A DNA stretch of 64,000 bases from Catajapyx aquilonaris (taxonomy: Eukaryota): NCBI GenBank assembly GCA_000934665.2, contig KZ538817.1, positions 62,001 to 126,000 of the forward strand, read 5' to 3'. Of this stretch, positions 27,126 to 40,504 are shown one piece after another. The stretch's first letter is position 1. Each line of letters opens with the position of its first letter. Position numbers and translations under genes: made by a program. The notes below the pieces were generated by a model. It was given only the letters and a program-made list of their open reading frames with translations, made no database searches and was not told the DNA's origin.

Positions 27126-27224
27126 GTGACGTCATGTACCGGCTCGGATGGCCTTGAGCCAGTCGGTACGGTGACGTCATATAACGACTGGAATGGCCTT
27201 GAGGTCGTAGCTGATCGGCCTTGA
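27126..27224. repeat. Degenerate 45-bp tandem repeat (two units plus a partial unit) carrying TGACGTCA and YGGCCTTGA motifs
   Basis: GTGACGTCAT at 27126 and 27171. TGGCCTTGA at 27149 and 27194. CGGCCTTGA at 27216. Confidence 0.75.
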
Positions 27225-28886
27225 ATTTCACCCATTTTGTACCTGGCCATACCTGTCAAGTCGACAACAATGAGTGCAAATGGCAACATCGCGGGTGTCG
27301 GCAATGTATATGAGGGGGGCTTTGTGCGGTTGGGCCAATCAATAGGAATTGATTAATTTAGCGCGGCGATAACGAGGGTTTGGGTGTTGGACGTCCCGCA
27401 GCGATGACCGCGGGAAGAGTGCATATGCGCACGCATGCCATTGCAACTATGCGTATAGGAATCGCGTTTGCCAGTGAAAAGCCAATTTGCCATTTCCTAC
27501 CCGCTCCACAAAGCTGCACTTGCATCAATAACTCTTTGAGGCATGATACCGACTGTGATCCTCGCCCTATATAGTGTGGAGTATAACTGGGAGGACATAT
27601 TGTGCCTGATAATGGGACCAGACCTGGTCCCGTGCTTTATTAGAGAAATTACTTTCGCGACGGAAAGATGTGGGCAAGTAGAACGTGCGACTTTATGTCA
27701 ACAATTTATTAATTTTTATGTGGTCGTTGGCACTGGATTCGGGTTTTGAGACCGTTACGCAAGGAACCTTGATGGTGACAAAATGGGACCTGCTCGGTGG
27801 GCAGCTTTCCATCACACAAAGGCTCTAGGTCAGCAACAAAGATGGGAAGGCCATCATCATACCAAGGGAGAAAGAGAGGGTGTGCACAGCGTCCATAAAA
27901 GGTGCGGTAACAAGGATGGGCGCGTGTCACAACCTATATGGAAGTGCATTACATATCGTATAGTGACTGCTGATACACATTTCTCCCCCCATCATTCTTG
28001 AGGGTCCGGGGCGTATCGCACATAAGGCTTGGTGGGGGCCTTGGATCGTTCCGTAACTCAGTTTCATCATTTGATGGTTGTCATAAAGACCGTCTCATTC
28101 TTGTCATGCCGCGGAGGAGGTGGGAAGGGTGAATCAGGCCGGCTGAATTGTTCGGGGGCAATCTTGCGGGCTTGTAAAAAGAAATCTGGAGCGCAATTAG
28201 GAGGGGGTGGTCCGCCCCGAGTCCAGGGGGGCCAGTGAAGGCGGTCGGTGGTCGCATCAGGGGCGAACGAAGCGAAGGGCTCGGAGGTCCCCGTGCCACG
28301 AAATGAGTCCGGGCTGCTGAGCGATGGCCCATCCCACTCGCCATATTGTTTCTAATATTTCCCCCGTCGAGACAGCGCCTTTACGGCCCCGCTGCATGGC
28401 TGCAAATGGATCCCCGCCTAAGAGTTCGCCACCCCCTCCACTTAATGATTTCATTCTTCCTCCCCCACCCACCAACCATCCCCCAATTCCCATAATCCTC
28501 TGCGGAAACTTGGCTTCGTACACTTTTTTTTTTTTTCCTACTTCTTCTTCTCTCCCTCGTCTTAGTGGGGTGGAGGAAGGCTCTTCTCTGTCCCGGTCCC
28601 ATCGACGCAGTACAATTTGAAGTTGGGGTCTCTGGAGACCCATCGCGGCCGACATGAAACCCATGCCAATTCAGAAAGCCTTTAATTTGCTTTTTACGGC
28701 CCCCTTTGTTTTCATTTAGTGCGCGGCCCTTCTCAGTTGCTGACTGCGGCCGCTGCCTCCTTCATGCTCCGCCCACTCCTGATCTAAGGCACATCCTCAC
28801 ATCCCATGGACCTGCTGGGAACCCCCTATTTACATTAGACTGTGTTCGGTTAATAATACTTACAAACTGCGGCTTAGGTGACAGTT

Positions 28887-28994
28887 CACCCTGAAAAGGC
28901 GCCACCCTGAGAAGGGCCCATCAGGAGCCACCCTGAGAAGGGCTCATCAGGAGCCGTCACCCTGAGAAGGGCTCATCAGGAGCCAGCCACCCTG
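28887..28994. repeat. Minisatellite with 26-30 bp unit CACCCTGAGAAGGGCYCATCAGGAGC (three full copies plus partial copies)
   Basis: Full units start at 28903, 28929 and 28958. Partial units start at 28887 and 28988. Confidence 0.92.
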
Positions 28995-31900
28995 TGCCTG
29001 ATTATAGGAACCTAGGACATAGGCAGTTTGGACTGACGCCTTTGTGAAGCAGCGGCTTCCCCCTGAAGGGTTCTGGTTGGAAAGCAAGATGAATCGGTTT
29101 AAAATGGAATAACACCCCGGAGGCGGTCCCAGCGCTGGGTCGATGCTGCTCCGATGAGCCAGGACGCCGGATATGGTCAATCATAATATTACGTCCCGCA
29201 GCAGGAATGAAACCCCGTTCCATTACCTGGAATTTCCAGAGACACTATACAGATAAATGGATGGTGTGTGTGTGTGTGTCTGCATGGGAACAGTATGAGG
29301 GGCAACGGAAGCAGAAGGTGGGGTCACATACCAGCGTGGCCCAGCTGACAAAGACGTCACTCTAAAGATGACAAGGGGATCTTCCTTTCGCCGGCGTTTT
29401 CTTTTTCCTTGCCTGGAAACGCATTTTTTTACTAGCTGCCCAAGAACGCTTTGTCCTTTTAGGCCAGCCAAGAGTCGGCGTCCACGTAAATCAAGGCGCC
29501 TGTAGGAGCCGCATACCAATGAAGTGGCGGCACCCCTTTCTGTGGCCGCGTATCATGACCTCCGAGGTCGCCCCCAGGACTGATCATCTGTCCCAAAGTA
29601 CAAGCGCATGTCCCCTTCAGGTACCCAAGATGTCTTCCTTACCACCCAAAAAAAAAACATGCTGATCATCGTTCTCTGAGAGATAAATCGTTGCAACTCC
29701 CGGCTGACTCCTTCTTATGGAAAAAGCTGCACCCATTTTCTTTTGGCGATGGTTCCCAACGGGCGTTGATCCGAGGTAAGGGTACTTGCTAGTCCTTTTG
29801 GACCTGTGCCATCGCTGCTCCCCTGAAGTTTTGACTTGGAAAACCCCCTTTCTGTCTCACCAGCTGCCCCTTTTTCGACCCCCCTTCTTTGTTGATTTGC
29901 AGAGACAAATTATCTCCCATTAATTGAATATCAACGGTGTTACCTTTACGTGTAACGGCCCCGTACTGCTCTCTTTTTTTCCGGCTGTTCCGTCCGTTGT
30001 TCCAGGATGGTTCTTTCCGCTTCACCTTCAATTTCCTAGTCAAAGCCCAAAGCAGAAGGGCTCCCTACGCGCTCTTCTGTAACGACCAGATGGCAAAACT
30101 CTTGGGTGTCCTTTTGTCCATTAGAAAGGGGGATGCCAAGGTGGATTAATCGATACCTTGGAGATTGGTCGCAATTAAGGTCAGTGATTTACCGGCCGGA
30201 CTCCTGACGGATGGGTGTACATGGCCTGAACCTGAACGACAACGACGCCCGTGTGGACCCGAGGTGCGAATATTAGCCCCTGACCCACATCCGCGCGTGA
30301 CGCACTACCAACCCTGCAACTTTTTTTCATGTTCTTTTAGTCGCTGGGTGGGGATACTGTGGAAGGGGGATCCAAATTAGTTGTGACAATGTCCGCCATG
30401 GTGCTCTTCTTATCTTGGGCGAGGCGATTGAGTGCAGCTGAATGGAAGAGATTCGGGGAGAAACAATGGGTTTGCTAGTGGGTAGGGGGAGGTTGGGTAG
30501 GGAAGGGTCCTCCAAGTTTGGCTTGGCAATGGAGAGGAAGCGGATTCCTTGGTCTGCATTGTATGTGCAAGTAGGCGTGGAAAAGCATAGGGAGCGGCTG
30601 CTGGCCCTCTCCAAAAGCCCCCGGTCTCCAACTGTCAATGGACCCCACCCCCCTCCCCGAAAATTTCACCCACCCACCCACCCCCCCACTTCCCAGCAGC
30701 CGCCTCCGAGTCCCCGATGCGCTTTTATGAACTATTGTGCAAAGGCACTGAATCGGAAAACAAATTTACACTTGATTTTGACTGCGACTCTATGGAAGAG
30801 TGTCGGAATGAGGCCCCCTCTACGAGTACCCACCGACTCACTCAGGCAGAATAACATTGATACACCGTCGGCACAATGGACACAGAAGAGAGGGGGGACT
30901 GGGGTGTGGCATAGAGATGGCGGTATGGCTCCTTTTTTGCCTCCTTATCTTAGCCAATTTTCGGCTGACGAGTGAAAGACTTTTGGTTGGTCGAAGGGAA
31001 AAAGACGGGCTCGTTTCTCTCGCTGTCGTGAATCCCCGACTGATGCGGCGCCGAGGGTCACTAGGGGTCACTTGCCAGACTGTAATGGCTGGAAAAATAG
31101 TGAGGCTCGACTTTTTTTTAGGGAGGGAGGGGGGCGATTGTAGTACAGTACTTACAGTTCTTTATCCGTTGGGTGTAAATAAAGTGGCTGAGTGAATAAG
31201 CTGGAGCTCCGGGTGTAATGCGCACTTCTGGTTAGACACAATTCCGATTTCGGCAACTATTCTTGCATTTTACGAGGCTGTAAACCAGCTAAATCCTTCT
31301 GGCTGGCGTACTTTGCGGAGGATACCTACCTGAAGCAGTCAGATCGTCGTTTGCGGTTGTGCACAAAGTTTCGCTTTCAACAGGGTCCATAAAGTATGAC
31401 ATTCTTGCAGGGGGGGGCAATGTGACGCACCGTGACATGGTGGTAAATTGGCCATATTAACAACACAACCAAGAAGTTACACAACATTCCAAGATGCCGT
31501 CCATAAATAATAAGCAGCTTCATAGATACATTTCTATATTGAATTCCGTGACTGTTTCACTTCCTGATGCGGTCAGACTCTCTTATGCCTATCTTGAACT
31601 CATTAGCAAGATCGTGCACTGTTGTCAGACAAAAAATAATGATGCGACTCTCCTTTTTTTTTACCTTGCGGTGTAATTCGGGTACCGAGATACAATTTCC
31701 GAGGCCCCCTCCCCTATTCCCTTTTTTGTGGGGTGATAAGGAGCCTCAGAAGGGAGATCGGTAGCCGCAGAGAGACGTGAGGAATTTGCCGCCGGTATTT
31801 CACCGGGAACCTTGGGTTAATTTCGAGGAGTTTAGGACTTGGCGGGCCTTTGTAATGGCGGGATTGTGTAGCAATGGAACCCTTCGCTTTGTGGCGTTTT

Positions 31901-34900
31901 AACCACCTTAATAATGCATCCAATTATTTGCCAGCCTACTTTTTTTTCACCCAGCCCTTCAGCCACTAGTCCAAATGATGATAATTTTTTGGCATGATAT
32001 ACTTTCACGCGAGGGCACACACACATACAAAAAAAGAGTGCGCGAGGATGTGTATTGCCTTGGGCGGGAAGCTGAATCAAAACTTGAGTAATCAAATTCC
32101 CCAGGAATATCCAATAATGCAAATGGAGTAGGGCTGACGAGTTTCCACGATAAACCCCAGCCTGTAAAACCACCCATGGCGCAATTTGACAACGAGTAAT
32201 TATTCACTCATAAATTTTTTTCTCCCTTGCCCTTTTTCTGTTGGGTGCTCGTTTTTTCCGCGGGTATTCTGATTGCTAGCACGTATTTTTTTTGCTCCTG
32301 CTAAATGTACGGAGCTGTACAGTAGTCTTGTGAATTATAATTATTCACACCCCTTTTCTCTGCCTTTTAGCACGCACGCAACCAATGCACGCCAAGGCTT
32401 CTATCCAATTCCAACTTGAGTTTTATTGCCCGTTGAAGCTTAGAGATGAAATAAGACTAACTTTAAATCTGGAATTTTTGTGAGGGTGGCAAAGGTGTAA
32501 ACTAGCACCTGTGCCTTTCCAGCTTCTGTTTCACCTGTTCAGGAAGGTGAGGTTTTTCATCCCCCTCAGCTTTTTCTAAGCTGTAAGGTCACCTGATATT
32601 TACCCGTGAGCTGTTCCCGTCCTCGTTCGCTTTCCCGTGCCTATATTTCAATAACGGAGCATGCCTATATAGAGAGGATAAGTTGGGTGTATAGCCACCG
32701 GAGAGAAAGTAATGGACAAGACGTTTTGTTTCCGATTGTGGGCGTAAACGTGCAATAATTACCTTGGAACTCTGCCCCCAGGGTAAGAGCCTTTCACCGG
32801 GGTTAGGTATGTCCTAGGGCATTTCATATAATTGCGAGACCTACAATGAAGGAGCCGGATTGTTTTTTTTTTTAAATGAAAGTAGCTATTGTTGTGACAT
32901 CAAATATTTTGGAGGTTACTCAATTGGCAACTGTGTGACCTCTGTTGTTTTTTGTTCGGTTGGACGTCAGGTCAACCCAGCTTCTTGGAGACCGCAAAAA
33001 AAATGTGCATCCAAGCTGCTGGCCATGGCTCTTCTCGTTGGTTTCCCAAGGAGGCCGAGTGCCCCACAGGGAAACTCTGGGAACCTCCATGGAGCAATTC
33101 CACCCCTGAGGTCATGTAAGAGCTGGAGCAGGTGCCCAAACTGCCACTGCACTCTGGCAACTGTTGGTGGGAAAACGTGAGCCACACACTAATGAGTCTT
33201 GTAGACGGCAATGGTGGGGAGGAATAGTATTGGCCGGATACTTTTGCGATACCCAACAATGTGGGCTCAATATTGGTCGCCGATAGGTAAGGGGGGGAAA
33301 TGGGAGGCTTTTTTGCCACACAGCGTGCGGAACAATTGGCCTGGATTTTTTTTGTTGTCTAATCTGGCAGACTAGTAGACAAATTATTGTGTTAGGGCCC
33401 CGCCTGAAGAGTTGTTGACCCAGAAAGTTGTGGCCCTCGGGTCAACCTGGATTAAGACTGCTAATGGCCTGGAGGTGCGACAGTCAATAAAATTATGAGT
33501 CTGGTAGCCGGATACGTGCAATTTCCATGAGATGAAATGATGGGGGTGTGGGAGTTGCAGATAGTGCTGCTCTGTACTGCTGGCACACCTGTGTGTTGGT
33601 GAGGATATTTTTGAATATCAAATTGCGTAGCTGGTGGCGACTGCTGCCCACGCACGATTGTGAGGAGCTATTATAATAATTGCGCGGGTTAACAATTACT
33701 AGGTCAAGAGAGGTGGAACGTCAGAGGGCTTTAAATATGTGGAGGATTATCCAAAGCTCAAAAAATCACATGAGCCCTTCATTATAAAATAATAATGTAG
33801 CTAGTGTACGATTTGTTTTTCTCCACCCTTATTCGTTGTTCTGTAATAAAATGATAATGTAAAAAGAGCTTGGAAAGCTAACTTTCATTTGTTGTATTGT
33901 CAGCCAGATATTATTTTGGGTTTTCGGAATAATAACTATGATTATTTGCAGAATATAGTTGTGAGATTTATCGTGCCAGCTTTTATTACTTCTAGTTAGA
34001 AACAGCAGGGGCACATACTTGCTTCCTACCAAATACGCTGACTGTGACGCAGTTCGTGCTCATGGGTTAGCTAACAGTTCAGGATAAATGCTATTTCTTT
34101 TTTTTTTTTTCGTGACACTCCTGTAGTACTGGTTTATAATCACTTTTCTGTACTAAAAAATCGCAAGAAACAGCATTGCAGTTGATGTATGGTGTAGCTA
34201 AAAAATGTAATCATATAAAATGTTGCAGGAGAACCGGTACATTTGTTGACATCTGGTAATCGGGGTGGGCAGTAAAAAGAACAGGAGTTAAGGTTTTTTA
34301 AAAATTCAAAAGTGGGATAAACAAGGTGCAGACTGTAATTATTCCTAGCCCTGGAATTTTGCGTTCGTATAATTTCAAGTGCGAAACAAAAAAATGCGTG
34401 CGAAGGGTTTTCTTGGGCGCCCGAGAGAATTTTCGCTGGAATTTTCTGCTGCTCAGATTTCAAGTCTGGTAGTATGTTATGCAACATTTGCCCTTTTTTA
34501 AAGCCCTACCGGTATTACCTCTGATTTATGTGCCATTCACAAGTTATTTGAATGAGTTGTCGCCACAACATAACTATACTGGATAGCATCATTATGCAGT
34601 GATTCTCATACACGTTGTTACGATGAAAATTTTTGACGTAACTGAGAAGTATTGGTTTTAGCAGATTTTTGTTATAGGATCGTCATAAAATTATGATAAA
34701 AGTCTGCATAAAGCCAATTGGAAGCTTGCTGAATGTCTTTATTGGTACGTGGAGTTAGGCTCCTGTTTTCATCAAATGAGGTGTCATATTATAAAATGAA
34801 TTTCTGTACGAAATTATGTAAGCAAAACATCTGAATGCTTTAAATCGTATTTGTACAAAAAAATAGCAAACATCGGTCACGTTACGTCAGGTTTATCGTC

Positions 34901-37900
34901 GTACTTCTCCATTGCTCTATAACTAGTATATCCATCATGAACCACAACAAGACGCTTAACTTTGATGGATTTTTAACGCTCCGTTGTTTTTTGATTAATG
35001 AGCGTCCTTGCGATGACACGAAAGTTCCGAAAAGTGGCCTACCCCCGACGCATGACATGCGCCTCCATTGTTTTTGTTGTTGATCTTTTTTTTTTCTTCT
35101 TCTTCCAAACCACCGGTATAGCAAACATCCGGAACGAGGTGGTTAACAAGGGCGCGGATGGTGGGTAGGAATGAAGGTGAGAGACACTGATGTAAAAGAT
35201 AATTGAAGCAAAAGCAAGTAGCTGCAACGGGGGAGGTAGTAGAGTCAAGTCGAGTCGCATCATCCAGAGGCTAATGGATGGGAACCATAGAGGTAGAGGG
35301 CAACTTTTCCGCCAGAGTTTTTCTCAAGCCGACAAGGTGGCTTTTAGACGCTAACAGGTTGGAATGGCGCAGACTTTTTTTTTCTTCCTTCTTCTTCTTC
35401 TTCTTCTTTGCCCTACCTCTCCTCCTGACGATTGTGCAGTTTGGCCGTAGGGCAGCTCAAAACTGGCTCCTGGCGGAAGTGCCTCCCGTGGGACTCTTGC
35501 ACCCGCACCCACGGCCCCTGAGGCTGCCCCAGGGGGCTACGGCCTCGCCCAGCCCCCTCTGATCGGCCCCCGAGTTCGCCCCCACCTCCAGGCACACCAC
35601 CCACCCACCGGATTCCCACGATACTTGCCCCGTTAGCCTTCGACTATTCGGTCTTCTTCTGGATCTGGGCCACTTTTCGCAACTGCAGGGCTGAAGGTAA
35701 ACTGATTCCTCCTGACCTTCCATAGGGGGAGAATAACTGGAATGATATCGGAACTGTTAGGTGGCTTCACGCCTCGTTAGGTTCGTCGTGTGAACATATA
35801 CGATGCGTGTTTATAGGCCACATTCGTGCTGACATTTTTTTAATTAGAAGAAAATCTCAATAACAACTGTTAAAATTTGCATATTATTTTTAAAATAGAA
35901 ATTACCGGGCTGATAGATGGCGTCGACATCTGCTGGACAGGCCGCTAGGGATCCTCCCAAGCTGCCAAATCCAGCGTCCAGCGTTTATGGGCTTAGAGGA
36001 CCGTCGTGTGAACGTACACTAAGGTGCGTTTATAGGCAGAAGGAAGTGGCCTCCATGTCACTCCGATAAGACTGGAAAGTCTCGGCGGTGTCGTGGACTC
36101 CTCGGGATCGAATCGCCGGCTCCTAATAAATATTTCAGCGGCGATTAAGTTGGAAAACCGCCTTCGGGGTACCGATTAGCCAACCCACTTGGCAGCTGAG
36201 GCAGCCCTTCTTTTTGGAGCCCTCCAAAACTTTCCCATCATCCACTTGCAGAACGACTTCTTCTACTTTGCTACACTGCGCGGATATATCGTCACTTTTT
36301 TGCTCCTTTTCCGTTTCGTTTTTTTTTCTACCGACTGTATATATGTGGAGAGCTAAAAAGTAGTAGTACGGCCGCGAAATTCTTTTCTCGGGGAATTGTG
36401 GACATGGAGATTGGGCATCTGTATATGGGCCCAATTGACAATGGGTGTTGCTTGCAGGCACGCACGGATAAAAAAGGGACACGTGGGTGGAATAGTAAGT
36501 GTTCGCGGTCTCCCAGGGGTTAATGAAGTGGAAGCCTTTATCATCCGCACACTGACGAATGCGGGGGTCATTCCACGCACACCCTTTCAGATTCTCGCCT
36601 AGCCAAATCTGCGCATTAAGAATTAATTGGCGAATGTGGGCCTTCCTTATTTCATACGACAGCTCTCACGCACTGTAATTCATTATTGCATGATAGGAGT
36701 GGGGGGCTAGAAGTAGGATGCTGGATGACTTGCACTGCAATTAATCATGTGTACCGTTGCACCTGGAGTAAAGATTATAGGTCATGGCTGAAGGAGAGGA
36801 CGTAAAATAAACACTGCCATAAAATTTACACCTATATGCACATTCCTCATATTTTTAAAAAATGAGTGGAATGGAGCACCCTCCAAGCCATGGCCTACAT
36901 GCGATCCACGTAACAAACAAAAACTATGATTAAGAAATGTGTGGTTGTAATTAGTAAAAAAACGAGGTGGGTTGTTACGCCGACATTAATAAAAAGTCAA
37001 AGAGACGGCCGTTGGAGGGGGGGGGGGGGATAAAAAAGTAACTTTTATCAGTCAGTGGAAACGAATTAAAAATCTGCCACGGATGTGGGTAGCAGGCATT
37101 TAATCACGGCTTTCCGTAACCCCAACCGCCGTAAATCAACGCGGTGAAAAATTAACATTCAGCAACATAAAAAGTTCCATCTGCCGGCTAAGGGTCGGGT
37201 AGTTAATTTCAAAGCGTGATAATCGCCGGAATGACTCGATCGACATTACTTTTTTTTTGTACGCAGGTCCGATCGATCCAACGCAGATGACAGCTGACTT
37301 CCTTCAACAAACACAGGCTTCAACAGGTCGTGACAAATTATTGTATTCATAATAATAATAAGCGTAACTTCCCGCGATTATAATGGTCTACCATAATTAA
37401 GCCAGATTTTACCTGTGCGTACACCCGGACCGGAAGAAAAAAATTATGCAGCGCCATTTAAATTATTTCGAGGTCCCATTCCGCGTGCTTTGGGGATAAT
37501 AATGCGAGTCTATAAAGGGAGCGAAGTAGTTGTCACAAGGAGCTCTTGGGCATAGTTACTGTGTAATGTTAGTGTCTAGCAGTCGTAATCCACTTTCCCA
37601 AAAAAGCTGGGTCCGATTCTCGATGTGAAGCTGGGAAAAGCATAGAGTGAGAGGCCGCGTTACGTCGCGTTACGTCCAAAATCCGCAATTCATGAAACTT
37701 CTATTGGACATCGAGAGAGGTAGGGGCTAGCTCTGCCTTAAAATGTGCAGATCCAAGCTTGGGCGATAATTGCCCTCCCCATTACTTGGTCAGCATGCAT
37801 TAATAACGAGGCTGACTTTCCCCAAGACCAGTGGCAATTACAAGTCCCCTGGAACAAGTGCAACACCAGCCCTTTTCCTTCCCCCCTTAGCTTCTCTCTC

Positions 37901-40490
37901 CCTTGGGGTCACCAATGACACGCCTGTCACACCCCTGCGAGACTATCGGAAGAGGAGGATTCGGGCATTACAAGGCGGCTGTTCCACCTATCTCACCTGT
38001 ATCCGTTGCATTATGCAGGTGGGACTTGCGGACTTTTTGGACCCATCTCATGTGAGTAGAGGCGTCTGTTTGTTAGAGGTCAGCTTTATATCTGCAGGGA
38101 ATAATGAACCACCTGAGGGCACGTGGCAGAAAAGTCCGGTCGACGATTAGAGGATTAGGGACGTGCTAATGCGTTTAGAGTGGGGTGCTTGTGGGTTGAC
38201 CATCTTCTGAACCGACTCAGGTTGTTTTCCCACGGTGTTTGCCCTTTTTTTTGTGTGTGGAACCAGTGCTGCCGTGCAGGTAGCGCGATGGAGCGGAAAA
38301 GAACGGTGGAGGAAATGACTTCAGGGTTTTTCAATCGTGCCTTGGCCCCGGAACATGCTTGGAAACACTTTTGGTACAGATTTGATTGTGCGAAATATAA
38401 TTGGGCTGGGGTTAATTGGGGGAGGGGGAAAAAATAATGTAGTGGACAGTTGATAATTTAGTGATAAAGCGATGAAAAAGTTTCAAAGGGAACCGGCAGT
38501 ACACCTGCAACATATAGTGAAGAATATTTTTTGATCTGTTCGATCATTAAATACATAATTGTTGCGGGATTGACCCCCGAGGGATCTGTCAGCAGCCAAG
38601 TGATGACTACATTTTCCAAACAAGAGATTCATCTCAAGCAGACATTTTCTTGACGTATAAATCGATCGCTTCATTTACACTCAACTTGCCTGCGCATCCA
38701 GCTTAAAACTTGAGATTGAACAATTTAGCTACTAAAATCCTGTTATTGATGCTTGGGGGGGACCTGTCAGCATATGCAGGTGATGACCACATTTGACCCC
38801 CAGGTGCAGCCTACTGTCCAAAGCTGCCTTCCGATCAGTATCCTCAATTATACACCTTGTCCCCGATAAAAATCATCTCGCCTATTCGTCCAGGGGGGTG
38901 AGCATTAAGTTATTAAGCGATGCTATCGATCGACCTCAACATTGCAGGCTACAAAAATAATCCCGGTTCACAAAATTTCCCAATAATAATGAATTGTCAC
39001 CAATTATAGCTTCCTAATCAGTACTGATTTTATTTATTGTTTTTAAGCAATATTTGTGCACCCTAATGCTCTACCCACATCAATATCGATCTCATTCATA
39101 AAACTCGTTCGTCAGAAATCAATCAGCTTATCCCCTCCCCCATTAAGGATTTCTCTCTTCCTCCCAATCCCCGCCTCCCATCTAAACACTCCCGTCCCAT
39201 GAATGAGTTTGCATCAAGCTCTGGGCGAAAACGGGTTGCTACACAAGTGATGGAAACAGCCTTTTCCCACCACCACCCACCCACCACCAGGCACCTGTTG
39301 CTCCAGGACGGGCGGGGGTAGCCCCGGCACCAAACCACTACAACCTAATGAATCCCGGTGGCTCTTTTTCCGTGGGTGGAAAAACGCAGAGGGAAAGACG
39401 GCCGGGAAGGGTTCCCGTGGAACCTCATCGGCCAGCCCCCGCACGTAGGCTCATTAGAGGCCCCCGCCCCTACCCTTTACTTCCGAGGGAGGTGCGTACA
39501 AATCACTTTACATTGCCCAGCTTCCACCCTGAAGGACCTAAACACCCCCGCCATGGGGTAAGGCAGGTAGCGCCCTGTCGCACCCAGCTTTATAGGGCAT
39601 GGATCTTACCTGGATTGGCCTAATGGGAAATGGAGCTCTCCTCTGGGAGAGAGAGAGAGAAGGTTTTCTGGACCGGTTTTAGATGTTGATCTCCCGGATG
39701 TTTCATGGTTCGAGTGAGCAGAGTGTTTATGCAAATATGGACGTCATGCTGGGCACAGGGTGTCTTGGAATTAGCGGGGGTTAATTAACTTGCAAATATT
39801 GAAGGGAATGGCGAAAAATTGGGGAGGGTCCGGGGGCCAGAACTGGTTTTTTGAGCCGGTTCTTGGGTGGTTAGGACAAATTGCGGTTTGGAACTAATGG
39901 GGATTAAAGTTAAGTATGTTCATTTTAAGGGGGATTAGTATCTCTAATTTTTAAATGATAACTGCCAGTTGTGACAAATTGTGTGAATTACCTAAAAAGC
40001 TACTAGTGTGATAGTTCATATGCGTATTGTAACAATATTCGTGTATCTGTATGGCTGCACTTTTTGCAACACCGAGACTGTATTACGTGGTAGGAATCAT
40101 GATCAGGAAATCGTTTGAACTCGTCGCTGGCTGTACTGTATAATACGTCACAGTGTAGTATGAAAAAAGTGCCAGTAGCTTTTCTCCCGGCCAATACAGC
40201 AGCAGTTTCTAAACTGTAGAACGATTAATCATTTACTTTAAAGTCACACGTTAGTCTGAAGGCCACGGCGTTTGATTAATAATGATGCAAGTTGCAAAAT
40301 GACACCAACCATCATTCCGCACAAAACCACTGCTTTGAAAGTAAGTGGCTGTCATAAGTGTAGTAGTTACAGCCATCCAAGTTCATCCTCACCATTAATA
40401 ATTTGTATCGCTTTAAATTTAAACAAAAAAACCCAAAGTGCAAAGTCAGTGAGTTTAAATTTTGCGGATTGGCGATTTCTCCTGCATTGC

Positions 40491-40504
40491 TGACTCACCC
40501 TGTA
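40491..40504. mobile_element. Isolated Tc1/mariner-type MITE terminus (second copy of TGACTCACCCTGTA)
   Basis: Identical to 23498-23511 and ends in TA. Confidence 0.4.

Noticed and set aside
28887..28994. CRISPR-like array of palindromic ~26-bp repeats
   Set aside because: No unique spacers, eukaryotic context and no cas genes. It is a simple minisatellite.
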